NCBI GenBank assembly: GCA_963716725.1
Contig: CAVQUB010000003.1
Coordinates: 64,001 to 128,000, forward strand
Reading direction: 5' to 3'
From: an uncultured delta proteobacterium
GTDB lineage: Bacteria; Myxococcota_A; Polyangia; Polyangiales; Polyangiaceae
DNA: 64,000 nucleotides
Positions within the stretch are counted from its first letter, which is position 1. Every line of letters starts with the position of its first letter. The notes under the pieces were generated by a model that searched no databases, was not told the DNA's origin, and worked only from the letters and a program-made list of their open reading frames with translations. Made by a program: the position numbers and the translations under genes. Of this stretch, positions 1 through 14,907 are shown one piece after another.

Positions 1-950
1 ATGGTCTCGTCAATCCAGACCACGGGCGCGCCCTGCACCCCGAGCGACCAGGCCACGCGGCGCAAGAGCGCGGTGCGGCCTGAACCCGGCGGGCCGTCGA
101 GGCGGAGCAGCGATCCCGGCGACAGCCTGTTGATCGCCTCGAGCAATTTGTGGGCGACGCCGTCGATGCCCGCGACGGGCCAGAGCGCCATCGCGGTCTC
201 CGGCGCCTCGGGAGGCGGCAGCCCCGCCGCATGCCTGAGCGCGCTGGCGAATTCGTCCGCCGACGGATGGCGCGCCGTCGGTTCGTCGCTCGTGGCGCGT
301 TCGCTGACGGCATCGAGACGACCGCGGAGTTCTCTGGCGAGATCTTTGCTCTGCTCGGCGGCGTCCATCAGCGCCACACCCAGGGCGTACACCTCGGCCC
401 GCACGGTGAGCGGTCCTCCGGCCATCAGCTCCGGAGCCGCGTAGCGCGGAGTCAGCCCCTCGGCCGCGGTGCCCTTGTCCTTCCAAGGTGCCGCCAAGCC
501 GAGGTCCACCAGCGTCGCGCGCCCACCGGGTTCGACGATGATGTTCGCCGGCTTGATGTCGCCGTGCAGGAGGCCAGCCCTATGGACCAGCGTGAGCTGC
601 TCGGCGGCCTGCGCCAGCGCCTCGAGGGTGCGAAGGCTGTCGCGCCCCCGCTCGATCAAGTCCAGCAGGCTGTCGCCTTCGACCAGCTCGCGCACCATGA
701 ACGGACGTGAGCTGTTCGGCAGTCGGCCAAAGCGCACGACCCGCGGCACGCCCAGCCCCTCGAGACCCGAGAGCGCCACTGCCTCGCGCACCAACGCGGC
801 CATCTCGCGCTCGCTCGCTCCCTCTGCGAGCACCTTCAGCGCGAGTCGTTGGCCGCTGTAGCGGTCGCGCACCGACCAGACCTCGCCGCCCCCGCCTTTT
901 CCCAGGCGGCTGACAGCGAGGTAGCGTTTCGGGAGCTCGAAGCGCGACAA
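1..950 (-). CDS. Hanks-type Ser/Thr protein kinase, N-terminal part (runs off the window start; not in the ORF track)
   Basis: Manual translation from TTG at 950: LSRFELPKRY...RLGKGGGGEVW...LALKVL...HGDIKPANII...VDLGLA...TPRYAAPEL, covering the main kinase subdomains. Confidence 0.9.
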   Translation of the reverse strand, partial: MSRFELPKRYLAVSRLGKGGGGEVWSVRDRYSGQRLALKVLAEGASEREMAALVREAVALSGLEGLGVPRVVRFGRLPNSSRPFMVRELVEGDSLLDLIERGRDSLRTLEALAQAAEQLTLVHRAGLLHGDIKPANIIVEPGGRATLVDLGLAAPWKDKGTAAEGLTPRYAAPELMAGGPLTVRAEVYALGVALMDAAEQSKDLARELRGRLDAVSERATSDEPTARHPSADEFASALRHAAGLPPPEAPETAMALWPVAGIDGVAHKLLEAINRLSPGSLLRLDGPPGSGRTALLRRVAWSLGVQGAPVVWIDET

Positions 951-956
951 GCCGTC

Positions 957-1886
957 TCAGAGCCCGTAGTCCGCGCCCACTCCGAAGAAGAAGCCGCTGG
1001 TGCCAAAGCCCGCGTCGAGGCGCGCCACGAAGCTCTTGCTCGGCTTGTAGCGGAAGCCGGTCTGCAGCGCGAGCCACGGGAAGATGATGGGCTTGCTGCC
1101 GCCGTTTGCCCAGCTGGCTTCTTTGTAGCCGTCGTAGTGGTTGTTGTCGTCCCCGCAGAAGTCGCCGATGTTGGGGTTGCCCGGTCCGGTGCACTTCTTC
1201 CACTTGTAGGGATCTTCGTTGGGATTGCCGCTCTCGGGATAGGCCTGCGTCCGGAACAGATCGCCGAACACGAAGCCGAAGCCCGCGCCCATGCCGTAGT
1301 TCACCGCGAACTGCGAGCCGAGCTCTTGGCTCCAGAGGAAATCCGCCGTGAGGAAGATCACGTTGAGGTCGCTCTTGACGACCTCGAACGCGTTCTTCGG
1401 ATCCGAGCTGGCCTTGAAAGGCGTCTCGTCCATGTAGTAGCCGGCCCACCACGCGCTGAACACGTACTCGAAGCCGTCTTTGCGGATCGAAAACTCGGGA
1501 CCGACGCCGTGCACGTACACGGTCTTTCCGCCGTCGCCGAAGAGGTTCATCATGAACTTGGGAACGACGATGCCGCGGTAACGCAGGCCGACGAAGCGAT
1601 AGGTCTGACCCGGCAGCTCGACTGGTGAGTCGCCCGCGGGCACGTCGGCCGTGGGCGTGGCTTCCGCCGGCTTGGCGGCCTCCGTGGGCTCACCAGCCGC
1701 CTCATTGGGATCGACCGCCTTGGGCGGCGGCGCCGCAGCTTCGTCCGGGTTGCCGGCGGCTGGAGCAGCGGGTTCCGTTGGCTTCTCCTCGACGGGCTCC
1801 GCGCCCTGTGCCATCGCCCCCGGCGCGGCCAGGAGCGCCGCAGCCATGAACGTCCCACCAAACTTCCACTTCCCTCGCATCACCAT
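957..1886 (-). CDS. Secreted, probably outer-membrane beta-barrel-like protein
   Basis: Signal peptide (MAAALLAAPGAMAQ), Pro/Ala/Glu linker, amphipathic aromatic strands, C-terminus FFFGVGADYGL; GGAGG upstream. Confidence 0.6.
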   Translation of the reverse strand: MVMRGKWKFGGTFMAAALLAAPGAMAQGAEPVEEKPTEPAAPAAGNPDEAAAPPPKAVDPNEAAGEPTEAAKPAEATPTADVPAGDSPVELPGQTYRFVGLRYRGIVVPKFMMNLFGDGGKTVYVHGVGPEFSIRKDGFEYVFSAWWAGYYMDETPFKASSDPKNAFEVVKSDLNVIFLTADFLWSQELGSQFAVNYGMGAGFGFVFGDLFRTQAYPESGNPNEDPYKWKKCTGPGNPNIGDFCGDDNNHYDGYKEASWANGGSKPIIFPWLALQTGFRYKPSKSFVARLDAGFGTSGFFFGVGADYGL

Positions 1887-1906
1887 GAACCGACCCTCCA
1901 TACCCG

Positions 1907-1923
1907 TGGCACGCCGCGTGCCA
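1907..1923. promoter_or_regulatory. Palindromic sigma54-like -24/-12 element between divergent genes
   Basis: TGGCACGCCGCGTGCCA reads TGGCAC-N5-GTGC on both strands. Confidence 0.45.
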
Positions 1924-2059
1924 GAGCGGGGCGGATTGTGCCACGGCGTGTGCCAATCTCCAAAGCCCATTCTTTTCGCTGGTTCGCGTCCCGTGCCCCG
2001 GCCCCGCGGGGGAGGCGTACATGCTATTGGGTGCGCCACGCGCGCGGCGTGATCCCCCA

Positions 2060-3133
2060 ATGATCCTCCACAGCCTGGTGGTCCAGCAGGCCATCGACAT
2101 CGACGAGCAGGCGCACTTCGTCAAGGAGCTGGTCCTGGCGCGCGGCGTGATGCCCATCGCCATGGTGCGCAAGCGGGCGCTGCGGGCCGACGCCAGCGTG
2201 GCGCTCGCGCGCAGCGCGCCCGACGAGGCGGCGGCGGAGACCCGCGCACCAGTGCTGCTCATCCATGGCTACGGGCAGAACCGCTACGCTTTTCACCTCC
2301 CGCGGCGCAGCCTGGTCAATCACCTGGCTCGCGCGGGCTTCGACGTGTTCAACGTCGACCTGCGGGGCCGCGGACGCAGCGGGCACTTCGGCGCCCGACG
2401 CCCGCGCTCGGTGCTGGAGTTCATCCACGAAGACGTGCCGGCAGCCCTCGAGGAGATCAAGCTGCTCTCGGGCGATCGTCCGGTCTTCATCGTCGGGCAC
2501 TCCCTCGGTGGCGTGGTGGCCTACTGCGTGGCCGTCGATCACCGATCACGGGTCGCCGGCGTGGCGTCCTTCGGTTCGCCCTACCACTTCACCGCCGGGT
2601 CACGCTGGCTCACCGGATTGACCAGCGCGTTCCTGGCCCTCGACCAACGGCTGAACCTGCCCAACTTCGCCGTTCCGGCCCATGCCTACGGGAAGTTCGT
2701 GCGCACCGCGCGGCGCGTGGTGGAGAGCCCGCTGTACCCGCTGCCCTTCCGTGGCTTCCATCGCGGAGCCATCGAGCCGGAGGTGCTCGAGCAGCACATG
2801 GCGCTGGCCATGGACCGCGGCAGCATCGCGACCCTGCGCGCGATGTTCACCTGGGCGCAGGAGGCCCGAGATCGACAAGCCGGCGACGACGGCCTGTTCG
2901 GCTACGGCCGGAAGTTCGAGGCGCTGGAGGTGCCGCTCTTGGTCATTGCCGGGCTGTTCGACGATCTGGCACCGCCGGCCTCGGTGAAGCCCGCGTGGTC
3001 CCTCTCGGCCTCGAGCGATCGGAGCTATCGCGAGCTGCCCTTTGGGCACGTCGACATGTTGATCGGTCGCGAGGCCCCGAAGCTGACCTGGCCCCTGCTC
3101 GAGACCTGGCTGATGAAGCGCACGCGCAGCTGA
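2060..3133 (+). CDS. Alpha/beta hydrolase (lipase/esterase-like)
   Basis: LLIHG, DLRGRG, GHSLGG nucleophile elbow, D-x-LAPP acid, GHVD His. Confidence 0.85.
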   Translation: MILHSLVVQQAIDIDEQAHFVKELVLARGVMPIAMVRKRALRADASVALARSAPDEAAAETRAPVLLIHGYGQNRYAFHLPRRSLVNHLARAGFDVFNVDLRGRGRSGHFGARRPRSVLEFIHEDVPAALEEIKLLSGDRPVFIVGHSLGGVVAYCVAVDHRSRVAGVASFGSPYHFTAGSRWLTGLTSAFLALDQRLNLPNFAVPAHAYGKFVRTARRVVESPLYPLPFRGFHRGAIEPEVLEQHMALAMDRGSIATLRAMFTWAQEARDRQAGDDGLFGYGRKFEALEVPLLVIAGLFDDLAPPASVKPAWSLSASSDRSYRELPFGHVDMLIGREAPKLTWPLLETWLMKRTRS

Positions 3134-3166
3134 GACCGACGGATCGCGACCACCGGGCACCTCGCC

Positions 3167-3436
3167 TCAGCTGTCGACCTTCTTCTTCAGCTTCGCGACC
3201 TCGCTCTCGAGGGATTTGACCTGGCGTTTCAGATCTTTGAACTCGTCCATGGTGGGGACCCGCATCATCTTGGCGAAGCGCTCGGTCTGCTCGGAGGTGA
3301 AGTGTTCCACTTTTCCCGGCACCTGGATCACGGTCATCATCGCGCGCATGAACTGCTCGTTCTGCATGAGCTTGGCCACGCGTGGATCACCCAGGAGCTG
3401 AAGGCCCCGCTTCTTCACCTCGTCCTTGATGCTCAT
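3167..3436 (-). CDS. Small coiled-coil protein
   Basis: 89 aa with coding-like codon use; C-terminal VPT..EFKDLKRQVKSLESEVAKL heptads. Confidence 0.7.
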   Translation of the reverse strand: MSIKDEVKKRGLQLLGDPRVAKLMQNEQFMRAMMTVIQVPGKVEHFTSEQTERFAKMMRVPTMDEFKDLKRQVKSLESEVAKLKKKVDS

Positions 3437-3534
3437 GGGGCTAGTTCTAGCCGAGCCCCCAGAAAAACGGCGACAAATTCGCCGCTGTGCCCGGGCTCTT
3501 GGCGCTGATCCGGAGAGGCGGGTATTCTCGGCAG

Positions 3535-3999
3535 GTGCGCCGAGCCCTCGCCCCCGTTGTCCTAGCCTGCTGCGTCTTTGCCGGCTGCGAGACCCATGTC
3601 CGCCGGGGCAGCACGCTGTACGGGGATGGCCGGTACGTCGAGGCGGCCGAGGTCTTCGAGCAGACCGAGTATCGACTGGCGAACTTCACGCCTCGCGAGC
3701 GCGCGGAGTACGGGCTGTACCGCGGCATGACCCTGTTGGTACTGGGCGACCTGCCGAACGCCCGGCGATGGCTGACTTACGCCTACGAGGTCGAGCGCGT
3801 CGTTCCCGGCGCGCTGCGCGTCGATCGTCGGGCATTGCTCGACCGCGGCTGGTTCGAGCTGGGTCAACGCCATCGCTCCGAATTGGAGGCGTCGCCCCGG
3901 GACGCCGACAGCGCCCTCGCCCACCGCCAGCCCGCGCCGCCTCCCGCAGCGCCGCCGGTGGACCCGGCGACCCCCGAGCGGGCGCTCGTGCCTCGCTGA
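3535..3999 (+). CDS. Lipoprotein with TPR-like helices
   Basis: Lipobox FAGC; YVEAAEVF...YRGMTLLVLGD. Confidence 0.65.
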   Translation: MRRALAPVVLACCVFAGCETHVRRGSTLYGDGRYVEAAEVFEQTEYRLANFTPRERAEYGLYRGMTLLVLGDLPNARRWLTYAYEVERVVPGALRVDRRALLDRGWFELGQRHRSELEASPRDADSALAHRQPAPPPAAPPVDPATPERALVPR

Positions 4000-4041
4000 G
4001 AGACTGGCAAAACTCGCGCGGCGTCCTAGGTCTCTCGCAGC

Positions 4042-4443
4042 ATGGCGCGAGACAAGATCGTGAAAGACGAGGCCGAGTGGCGACGCGATCTGACCGACGA
4101 GCAGTATCGGGTGACGCGGCAGAAGGGCACCGAGCGCGCGGGCACCGGCAAGTACTACGGTGCTGCGGACGCCGGCGTGTATCGCTGCGTCTGTTGCGGA
4201 GCCGACTTGTTCTCGTCCGAAACCAAGTACGACTCGGGCAGCGGCTGGCCCAGCTTCTGGGCGCCGATGCTGAAAGAGAACGTCGAGCTCGAAGGCGACG
4301 CCAGCCTCGGGATGCGCCGGATCGAGGTCAAATGCGCGCGCTGCGACGCGCACCTCGGCCACGTCTTCGAGGACGGCCCGGAGCCCACGGGGCTCCGGTA
4401 CTGCATCAACAGCGTGTCGCTCGAGCTCGAGAAGCAGCGCTGA
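4042..4443 (+). CDS. msrB: Peptide-methionine (R)-S-oxide reductase
   Basis: GTERA, Cxx[28 protein letters not shown]. Confidence 0.97.
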   Translation: MARDKIVKDEAEWRRDLTDEQYRVTRQKGTERAGTGKYYGAADAGVYRCVCCGADLFSSETKYDSGSGWPSFWAPMLKENVELEGDASLGMRRIEVKCARCDAHLGHVFEDGPEPTGLRYCINSVSLELEKQR

Positions 4444-4444
4444 G

Positions 4445-5272
4445 TCAGCTCGACTTCACTGTCCCGATCTTGGACACATCGAAGTTGAACGAACGCTTGC
4501 CGTTGCTGACGGTCACCTTGATGGTGTCCTCGTCCACGCGCTGGAATGACAGCCCGAGTTTCTTGTTCTTGGGCGTGAGCAGGTTGTACGAGCCGGCCTG
4601 AGGGACCGGATCGACCCAGCGCATCTGGACACCGTCGATGGTGAGGTTCCACTCGCCGCGGACGCTGGCCCAGGAGCGGTGTCCGTCAATCTCGATGCCC
4701 TCGAGCACGCCGCCCGCCAGCGGAGTCTGGGTGCGGTCACCCTGCCCGCTGACCGCGAAGCCATCGTGAACCCGCGTCCACTCCACCTGGTGAACGACCT
4801 TGCGGCTCAGTTCCTGGAAGTCCCAGGTCACGTCCGCGGTGCCATTCAGCTTCACCACCCCGTTGGTCAAGTCTGCCCAGGTGTGGTGGACCAGCACCTG
4901 AGCTTGGTCGTTCTTCTCGACCTGGATCGAGTGGGTCCCGCTGAATTTGTGCCCCTTGTACGTGCAGTTTCCGGGCTTGGCGCCGTACTTCACGGTCAGG
5001 GTCGCGTCGGCCAGGGTGATCTCCGCGCAGGGCAGCTGGGTCCCGACAACATCGCGGATTTCCTGGGCCGCGTTCTCGACCGCCTGACCAATGGTGAAGC
5101 TGGTCGTGATCTCCACCGACGCGGATTGCAGGCTCTGAGCCTGGGAGGACAGCGTCGACTCTTCGACCGCCTGCAGGGCCTCGGCGAAGGTGAGGGTGTC
5201 GTCTTCCTTCTCTTTGGGGCAGCCACTGAGAACAACCGTCAACACCAGACCCACGAGCGCGCGATAACGCAT
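4445..5272 (-). CDS. Beta-rich lipoprotein of unknown function
   Basis: Lipobox LSGC; AGGAGG RBS; upstream sigma54 site. Confidence 0.75.
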   Translation of the reverse strand: MRYRALVGLVLTVVLSGCPKEKEDDTLTFAEALQAVEESTLSSQAQSLQSASVEITTSFTIGQAVENAAQEIRDVVGTQLPCAEITLADATLTVKYGAKPGNCTYKGHKFSGTHSIQVEKNDQAQVLVHHTWADLTNGVVKLNGTADVTWDFQELSRKVVHQVEWTRVHDGFAVSGQGDRTQTPLAGGVLEGIEIDGHRSWASVRGEWNLTIDGVQMRWVDPVPQAGSYNLLTPKNKKLGLSFQRVDEDTIKVTVSNGKRSFNFDVSKIGTVKSS

Positions 5273-5300
5273 GATGAAACCTCCTAGGACCACCCAGACT

Positions 5301-5316
5301 AGCAGCGATCGTGCCA
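5301..5316 (-). promoter_or_regulatory. sigma54 -24/-12 promoter for the lipoprotein gene
   Basis: Minus strand TGGCACGATCGCTGCT, about 30 nt upstream of the ATG. Confidence 0.6.
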
Positions 5317-5365
5317 GGCCGGGAGTCGTGGGTCCGGGTGCGAGCAGCGCCTACCGACCTGCCCT

Positions 5366-7485
<2,120 letters not shown>

Positions 7486-7554
7486 GGTGCCCTCAGCATA
7501 GCCGGAAATGGGCCGCGGCGTGGGCCCCGTCAGCTGTGGGCATCTGTGGGCCGC

Positions 7555-7650
7555 TCAGCGCGAGCCGTGCCGCCAAAGCAGGCGATACAAGTAGTTGCTA
7601 TCGATTCCGGCAGCCCGGGCCACGGCCGAGACGTTACCTGGCGCTCTCAG
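7555..7650 (-). pseudogene. Remnant Fis-type HTH, the C-terminus of a sigma54 enhancer-binding protein
   Basis: GNVSAVARAAGIDSNYLYRLLWRHGSR* with no AAA domain upstream. Confidence 0.6.
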
Positions 7651-7748
7651 CCAGGAGATCCTCCAGATTGCTACGCGCCAACCCCCGCAGGTGGATCGGC
7701 AACCGTCGGCTCGTTCTGACCAATCTGCTTCGCGAGCTCCCGCCGACG

Positions 7749-8966
7749 TCATTTGGGGACGCTCAGGATCAGCCCACGTTCGGAGTCGCTGAAGTAGAGC
7801 CGGGATTCATCGACCGCAAGGTCGTTCGTTAGGGCCGTGGCCAGAGGCACACTCTCGTCGCCTGTCTTGGCTTGTCGCCGGATCATGTCCGCATTGAAGT
7901 AGACGTGGGCGTCATCGACGGCGATGCCGCTCGACGTGTGAAGCTTCGAGAGGGTGTGAGTCGCCCCGCCTACTTTCGCGATTTCGAGCAAGCCGCGAGA
8001 CGCCCAGAATACCGAGGTGGCGTCCGTCCCGATCCCGCCCGTTTCGAACTCGGTGGATGCGAGTTTCTGGGGGTCGGAGCCGTCCAGCGCTGCGCTGAAC
8101 AGGTCCGTTGTGGGCCAGGTGTACGGGCCCGGGCTGTGGAAGGGGGGTGTCGTCCAGTAGACCTGGGTGGAGTCAATCGCCAAGCCGACAGTTTGAGCGG
8201 ATACCCAACCATCGACAGTGGCGATGTCCGCCGTTGCGCTCCCGTCGAAGGACACCCAGAGGATGCCGCCCGCCCCGTAGACGTAGAGGCCGGACCCTCC
8301 GACGACCAGGGCGATTGCCCAGTAGTTGTAACCTTCGAGCAAGGTCGTGACCGAACCGCCGTTCGCATCGACCCCGCGCACGGCGGGTCCGGGTCCGCCT
8401 CCCGCCCTGCGATTCACCCAGTAGACAGTGCCTTGGTGGACGGCCACATCCCAGGGGCCATCCTGCCCGGAGGCGAGCACCGCGGGGTTGCCTCCGCTCT
8501 TGGGCGCCTTGAGCACCCTGCCACTCGCGTCGTCAGTCCAGTAGATGTTGGCGCTGTCCAAGGCAATTGCGCTCGGCCATGCTTGCCCCGCTGCGTGAAT
8601 CGTCGCGCTCTTGCACTGCCCTGCGACGCACATCGGCGCCTCACCCGGCGACGTGACGCCGCACAGCACGCCACAAGCACCGCAGTTGTGGCGATCGACG
8701 CGCAAGTCGACGCAGCTCGCGCCGCAGAGCGAGGTGCCAGAGCAAGAACAGGCTCCCTCGATGCAAGTCAAACCTGGCTCGCATGCGTGGCCGCATTGGC
8801 CGCAGTTTTGGGAGTCATACGAGAGGTCGGAACAGCCGGATCCGCACGGAACTCCGATGGGGCAAGCGGGCTCGTTGCCGCCGTCGGATGGCGTGGAGTG
8901 CTCGGTCTGCCCACACCCCGCGGCTGCTGCGACGAGGGCCACGAGCATCCAGCGATCCGCAGACAT
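7749..8966 (-). CDS. Lipoprotein with myxobacterial Cys-rich repeats and a YWTD/DUF5050-like beta-propeller
   Basis: Lipobox AAGC; D..NCG.CG..C repeats; IALDSANIYWTD, VAVHQGTVYW, LAIDSTQVYWT. Confidence 0.75.
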   Translation of the reverse strand: MSADRWMLVALVAAAAGCGQTEHSTPSDGGNEPACPIGVPCGSGCSDLSYDSQNCGQCGHACEPGLTCIEGACSCSGTSLCGASCVDLRVDRHNCGACGVLCGVTSPGEAPMCVAGQCKSATIHAAGQAWPSAIALDSANIYWTDDASGRVLKAPKSGGNPAVLASGQDGPWDVAVHQGTVYWVNRRAGGGPGPAVRGVDANGGSVTTLLEGYNYWAIALVVGGSGLYVYGAGGILWVSFDGSATADIATVDGWVSAQTVGLAIDSTQVYWTTPPFHSPGPYTWPTTDLFSAALDGSDPQKLASTEFETGGIGTDATSVFWASRGLLEIAKVGGATHTLSKLHTSSGIAVDDAHVYFNADMIRRQAKTGDESVPLATALTNDLAVDESRLYFSDSERGLILSVPK

Positions 8967-9378
8967 GCACGTCATCGTACCACTCCGTCCGAGAGGGTGC
9001 CGTGTCGTCGCCGCCGCCGGCACTCGAGACGGCCAGGGCCGCCAGCAGAGCGACCTTCGCGGTCTCCCCCGCGGCGGGCATGTCGCCGTCATCGAAGCGG
9101 TTCCTCTCGCTCGAGAGAACGAGGGGGATGAACGAAGCCTTCGACAGGTTCCGTCGAGTTGCTCGTTGGTTCTTCGTTCACCGAGCTTCGTGCCTCTAGG
9201 TCGTAACGCTCTGGCGAGCCGCTCGACGACGGCGAGTGCCGTCAGCGCAACGGTGTCGCGGCGTTGCTCGTCCGCACTCCCATCGACGGGTTGGACCCGC
9301 ATGGTCGCTCAGCCCGGGGCGTGGTCGCCGCCATGGAACCGGCCCGCCGCCACGTCCTGTCGCTCGCCGCGCCTCGGC

Positions 9379-10656
9379 CTACGGGGGAAAGCAGTCGTCG
9401 CCCATCGCGTACAGCCGCCCCGTCCAAAGCAGCACTCGGTCGCCGAACGTGGTGTCGCCGAGCTTGCTCGCCGTGAGGATCTTGATTGCGGGTGGAGCGC
9501 TGGGAAAGGTCTGCTCGACGGGACCGAGGACGGAGAGCCCGTAGTAGCGATAGGTTCGAACTCGGGCGTCCAGGCTGGGGATCACCAGGTCCGGATAGCC
9601 GTTCCGATCGACGTCGGCGATGGCGAGCCCGCGCCCCCCGGCAACCGTGACGGCACGGCTGAACACTCCGCTGTCGTCGGAGACGTGGATCTCCACCGGC
9701 GGTTCGTACGGTGGGCTTGACTCTGCGTGCACGAGGACGAGATCGACGTTTCCGTCCTGCGTCAAGTCGTGCGCAACCACTTCCGCGATGGGCCCCGAGG
9801 TGTCGAGCTTCTGGTCAACGACGAGCGCTCCCGCTTCGAAGCGGTAGACCGTGTCGCCCACTGCGAGCCGGTGGTCACCGAGGTGAGCCAAGGGTTTGGG
9901 CAGCGGCTGGCTGGCTCCCTTCAGCGTCGTGATGAGCTTCAGCGCCCCGTTCTGCACGCCGAGCACCGAGACATGCGGGGTGTCCCCCGCCGTGGAGACG
10001 ATCAGCTCCGCCTTTCCGTCCCCATCGAGGTCGCCGAGGATCATTTGCTCCGCCCAGCCCGAGCCGAACGCTTGTCCGCCGAGCGCGAAGTCGCCGCCAC
10101 CGAGGCCACCCCACCAGCGCACCGCCGACTTCTCCTTGGACGCCGCCGCAACGACCGCGATGTCGGGGACACCGTCCCCGGTGAGATCACCCAGCACCGG
10201 CGAGTAGGTCCCAAGATTGTACCAATCGAGCTCTCCGATCACGCGCGGCTCATCCAAACGTCCGGTTCCGTTGCCCAGCGCCACCGCGAGCACGGGAGCC
10301 CGGTCGTATGGCAAGACCATCGCGACGTCGGAGGTGGAGTCCGAGTTCGCATCCCCGATGGACACAGCGACCGCAGTGTAGGCCGCCGGCAAGAGCAAGA
10401 CCGACGAGCACACCCGAGTCCCGAGGGGATGGCAGACCGGCGAGGTCTCGTACTCGTGGCACAGGGGCTTTGCACCCGGACAGGTCTCGTTGCTCCACTC
10501 ATACGAGCCGCCGTGGTCGCCACTGTTCACGTATTCGCAGACTCGGTAGCTGCTCTTTCCCGTGCAGTGCGCGGTGTTCGGTTCGCATTCGTCCGTGCCG
10601 CACCCGCCGGGGGTCAGGCTCAGGAGCGCCGCGAGCGAATGAACGAAGATGCGCAT
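9379..10656 (-). CDS. FG-GAP/VCBS repeat lipoprotein
   Basis: GDANSDSTSD, GDLTGDGVPD, GDLDGDGKAE, DLTQDGNVD, ADVDRNGYPD. Confidence 0.85.
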   Translation of the reverse strand: MRIFVHSLAALLSLTPGGCGTDECEPNTAHCTGKSSYRVCEYVNSGDHGGSYEWSNETCPGAKPLCHEYETSPVCHPLGTRVCSSVLLLPAAYTAVAVSIGDANSDSTSDVAMVLPYDRAPVLAVALGNGTGRLDEPRVIGELDWYNLGTYSPVLGDLTGDGVPDIAVVAAASKEKSAVRWWGGLGGGDFALGGQAFGSGWAEQMILGDLDGDGKAELIVSTAGDTPHVSVLGVQNGALKLITTLKGASQPLPKPLAHLGDHRLAVGDTVYRFEAGALVVDQKLDTSGPIAEVVAHDLTQDGNVDLVLVHAESSPPYEPPVEIHVSDDSGVFSRAVTVAGGRGLAIADVDRNGYPDLVIPSLDARVRTYRYYGLSVLGPVEQTFPSAPPAIKILTASKLGDTTFGDRVLLWTGRLYAMGDDCFPP

Positions 10657-10671
10657 GTGCTCAGCCTGCCC

Positions 10672-11076
10672 TCAGGGGTGCGAACAGGTCTTGCTGGAGC
10701 CTACGACGTCGCAGATGAACCCCGGCCGGCAGTCCTTGTTCTCCTTGCAGTCGAGCTTACAGCCCAGACCGAGGATGCAGTAGTGGCCGCCGCAGCTGAA
10801 GGTCGCACCCACCTTCTCCTCGGTGTTGTCGTTGGGACAACGCCACCCACATCCGTACCCCGGGATGCAGAAGAGATTTCCGCACTTCGTGCCGTCCGAG
10901 AGCGTCCAGTCGTCGAGGCAGCTCGGTCCCGCGTCGCCCGTGCTGCCTCCGGCGCCACCCGTCGCCGCGCCGCCCGCACCGCCGCCCCCACCTGCAGGTC
11001 CCGGTTTGTCGTCGTCACCGCAGGCCGGTAGCAGCAGGCAAGCTCCAATCGCGATCAGAACGAAGTAGTGCTTCAT
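10672..11076 (-). CDS. Small Cys-rich lipoprotein (cassette copy 1)
   Basis: Lipobox LPAC, Gly linker, Cys-rich domain; paralog at 34323-34691. Confidence 0.8.
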   Translation of the reverse strand: MKHYFVLIAIGACLLLPACGDDDKPGPAGGGGGAGGAATGGAGGSTGDAGPSCLDDWTLSDGTKCGNLFCIPGYGCGWRCPNDNTEEKVGATFSCGGHYCILGLGCKLDCKENKDCRPGFICDVVGSSKTCSHP

Positions 11077-11087
11077 CTCGTCCTCCC

Positions 11088-11776
11088 TCACCCCAACGTC
11101 AACGAACCGGTTCGGCCCAGGTACACGACAGTGCGCACCGCGCCCGAGGGCTCGAACATCGTGTGAACGACGCTCTTTTCGGTGGCGAGCGTTCGAGACA
11201 TCCCACCCAGGCGCGTGCGACGCGTCTCGGCGCGAGCCCCCGTGAGCAGCAGCTCGAACCGACAGGCGTCGCGCCGGCACTCGGCGCTCTCGAGTTGGAT
11301 ACCGCTGAGTCCGAGCCGCGCGCGCTCGGTCGCAACGGCGCCCTTGCCAGCGCGAAGCCAGGCGGTGTCAGCCGGCATCGCACGAAAACGCCGTTCCATG
11401 GCCGACGCATCTGCCCGCCGCAAACGTGGTGGTTTCGCCGCCGGGTGGCGCTTGGACTCGGTCGCCGACACCGGAGCAGGCGCGCTGGAGGGCGGCCACT
11501 TCTCCTCCAGGGCGGCCTTCAGCTTCTCTGCTTCGGCGAGACCCGCGAGCAGCACGTCCGTCGAACGACGATCCTTGGCGGCGACCGTTCGCGTGAGGTC
11601 CGGCAGCGCGGCGGCTGTTCCGTGGGGCGAAACCGCCTGAGCGCGCGGCTCGGGCGGCGTGGCGGACGCCAATCTCGCGCGACTGGACTGAGGCGTTTCG
11701 TCCCGCGGCCAGAGCGCAAGGCCCGCAACGCACAAGAGTCCCGCGACGACCCCGGCCTTCCGGGTCACCACGCCCT

Positions 11777-11780
<4 letters not shown>
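11088..11780 (-). CDS. Membrane-anchored hypothetical protein with an ECRxxxCR motif (cassette copy 1)
   Basis: GTGA overlap with the upstream gene; N-terminal TM segment; paralog at 34703-35389. Confidence 0.75.
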
Positions 11781-14515
<2,735 letters not shown>

Positions 14516-14654
14516 AGTTCATGCCACCCATCCCCAACCTCCCGACGTGCTGCGTCCGACCCGTAGCATTCCCGGTCGAGGGAGCGATGTCACGCGGTAA
14601 TGCATCGGCGCGCCAACTTTCGTGGGCGCATGGATGGCGATGTGGGCGGGACCG

Positions 14655-14668
14655 ATGACGACCGTCAA
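14655..14668 (-). promoter_or_regulatory. TTGAC-N4-GTCAT box within a conserved upstream block
   Basis: TTGACGGTCGTCAT, identical at 38280-38293. Confidence 0.5.
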
Positions 14669-14907
14669 GTCGTGCGCGCTCCGAGGACACCCGCTGCCTG
14701 CCCCGCATCGAGGCGGCCTGCATCGCGGGCGTCGATGACACGCGCCAGCCTCGGCCACCGAACTAGCGGTGGCCATCGCCATTGAAGCGATGGCTCACGA
14801 GCGCGGAGCGACGCCGGCGCGCCATGGAGGAAGCGGTGGGCCGCGGCGAGCAATTTTGAGTTCCGGTGCCCGATGCCTTCCCTCGAGCGCACCGAGCGGG
14901 ACCCTGG

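Noticed and set aside
2060..3436. PhaC/PhaE PHA synthase pair
   Set aside because: The nucleophile is Ser (GHSLG), not the PhaC Cys. The small protein's resemblance to PhaE or phasins is only a generic coiled coil.
14772..14794. Hairpin GCCATCGC/GCGATGGC as a terminator or att site
   Set aside because: An 8-bp GC-rich stem without a U-tract, and no matching partner at the other cassette edge.
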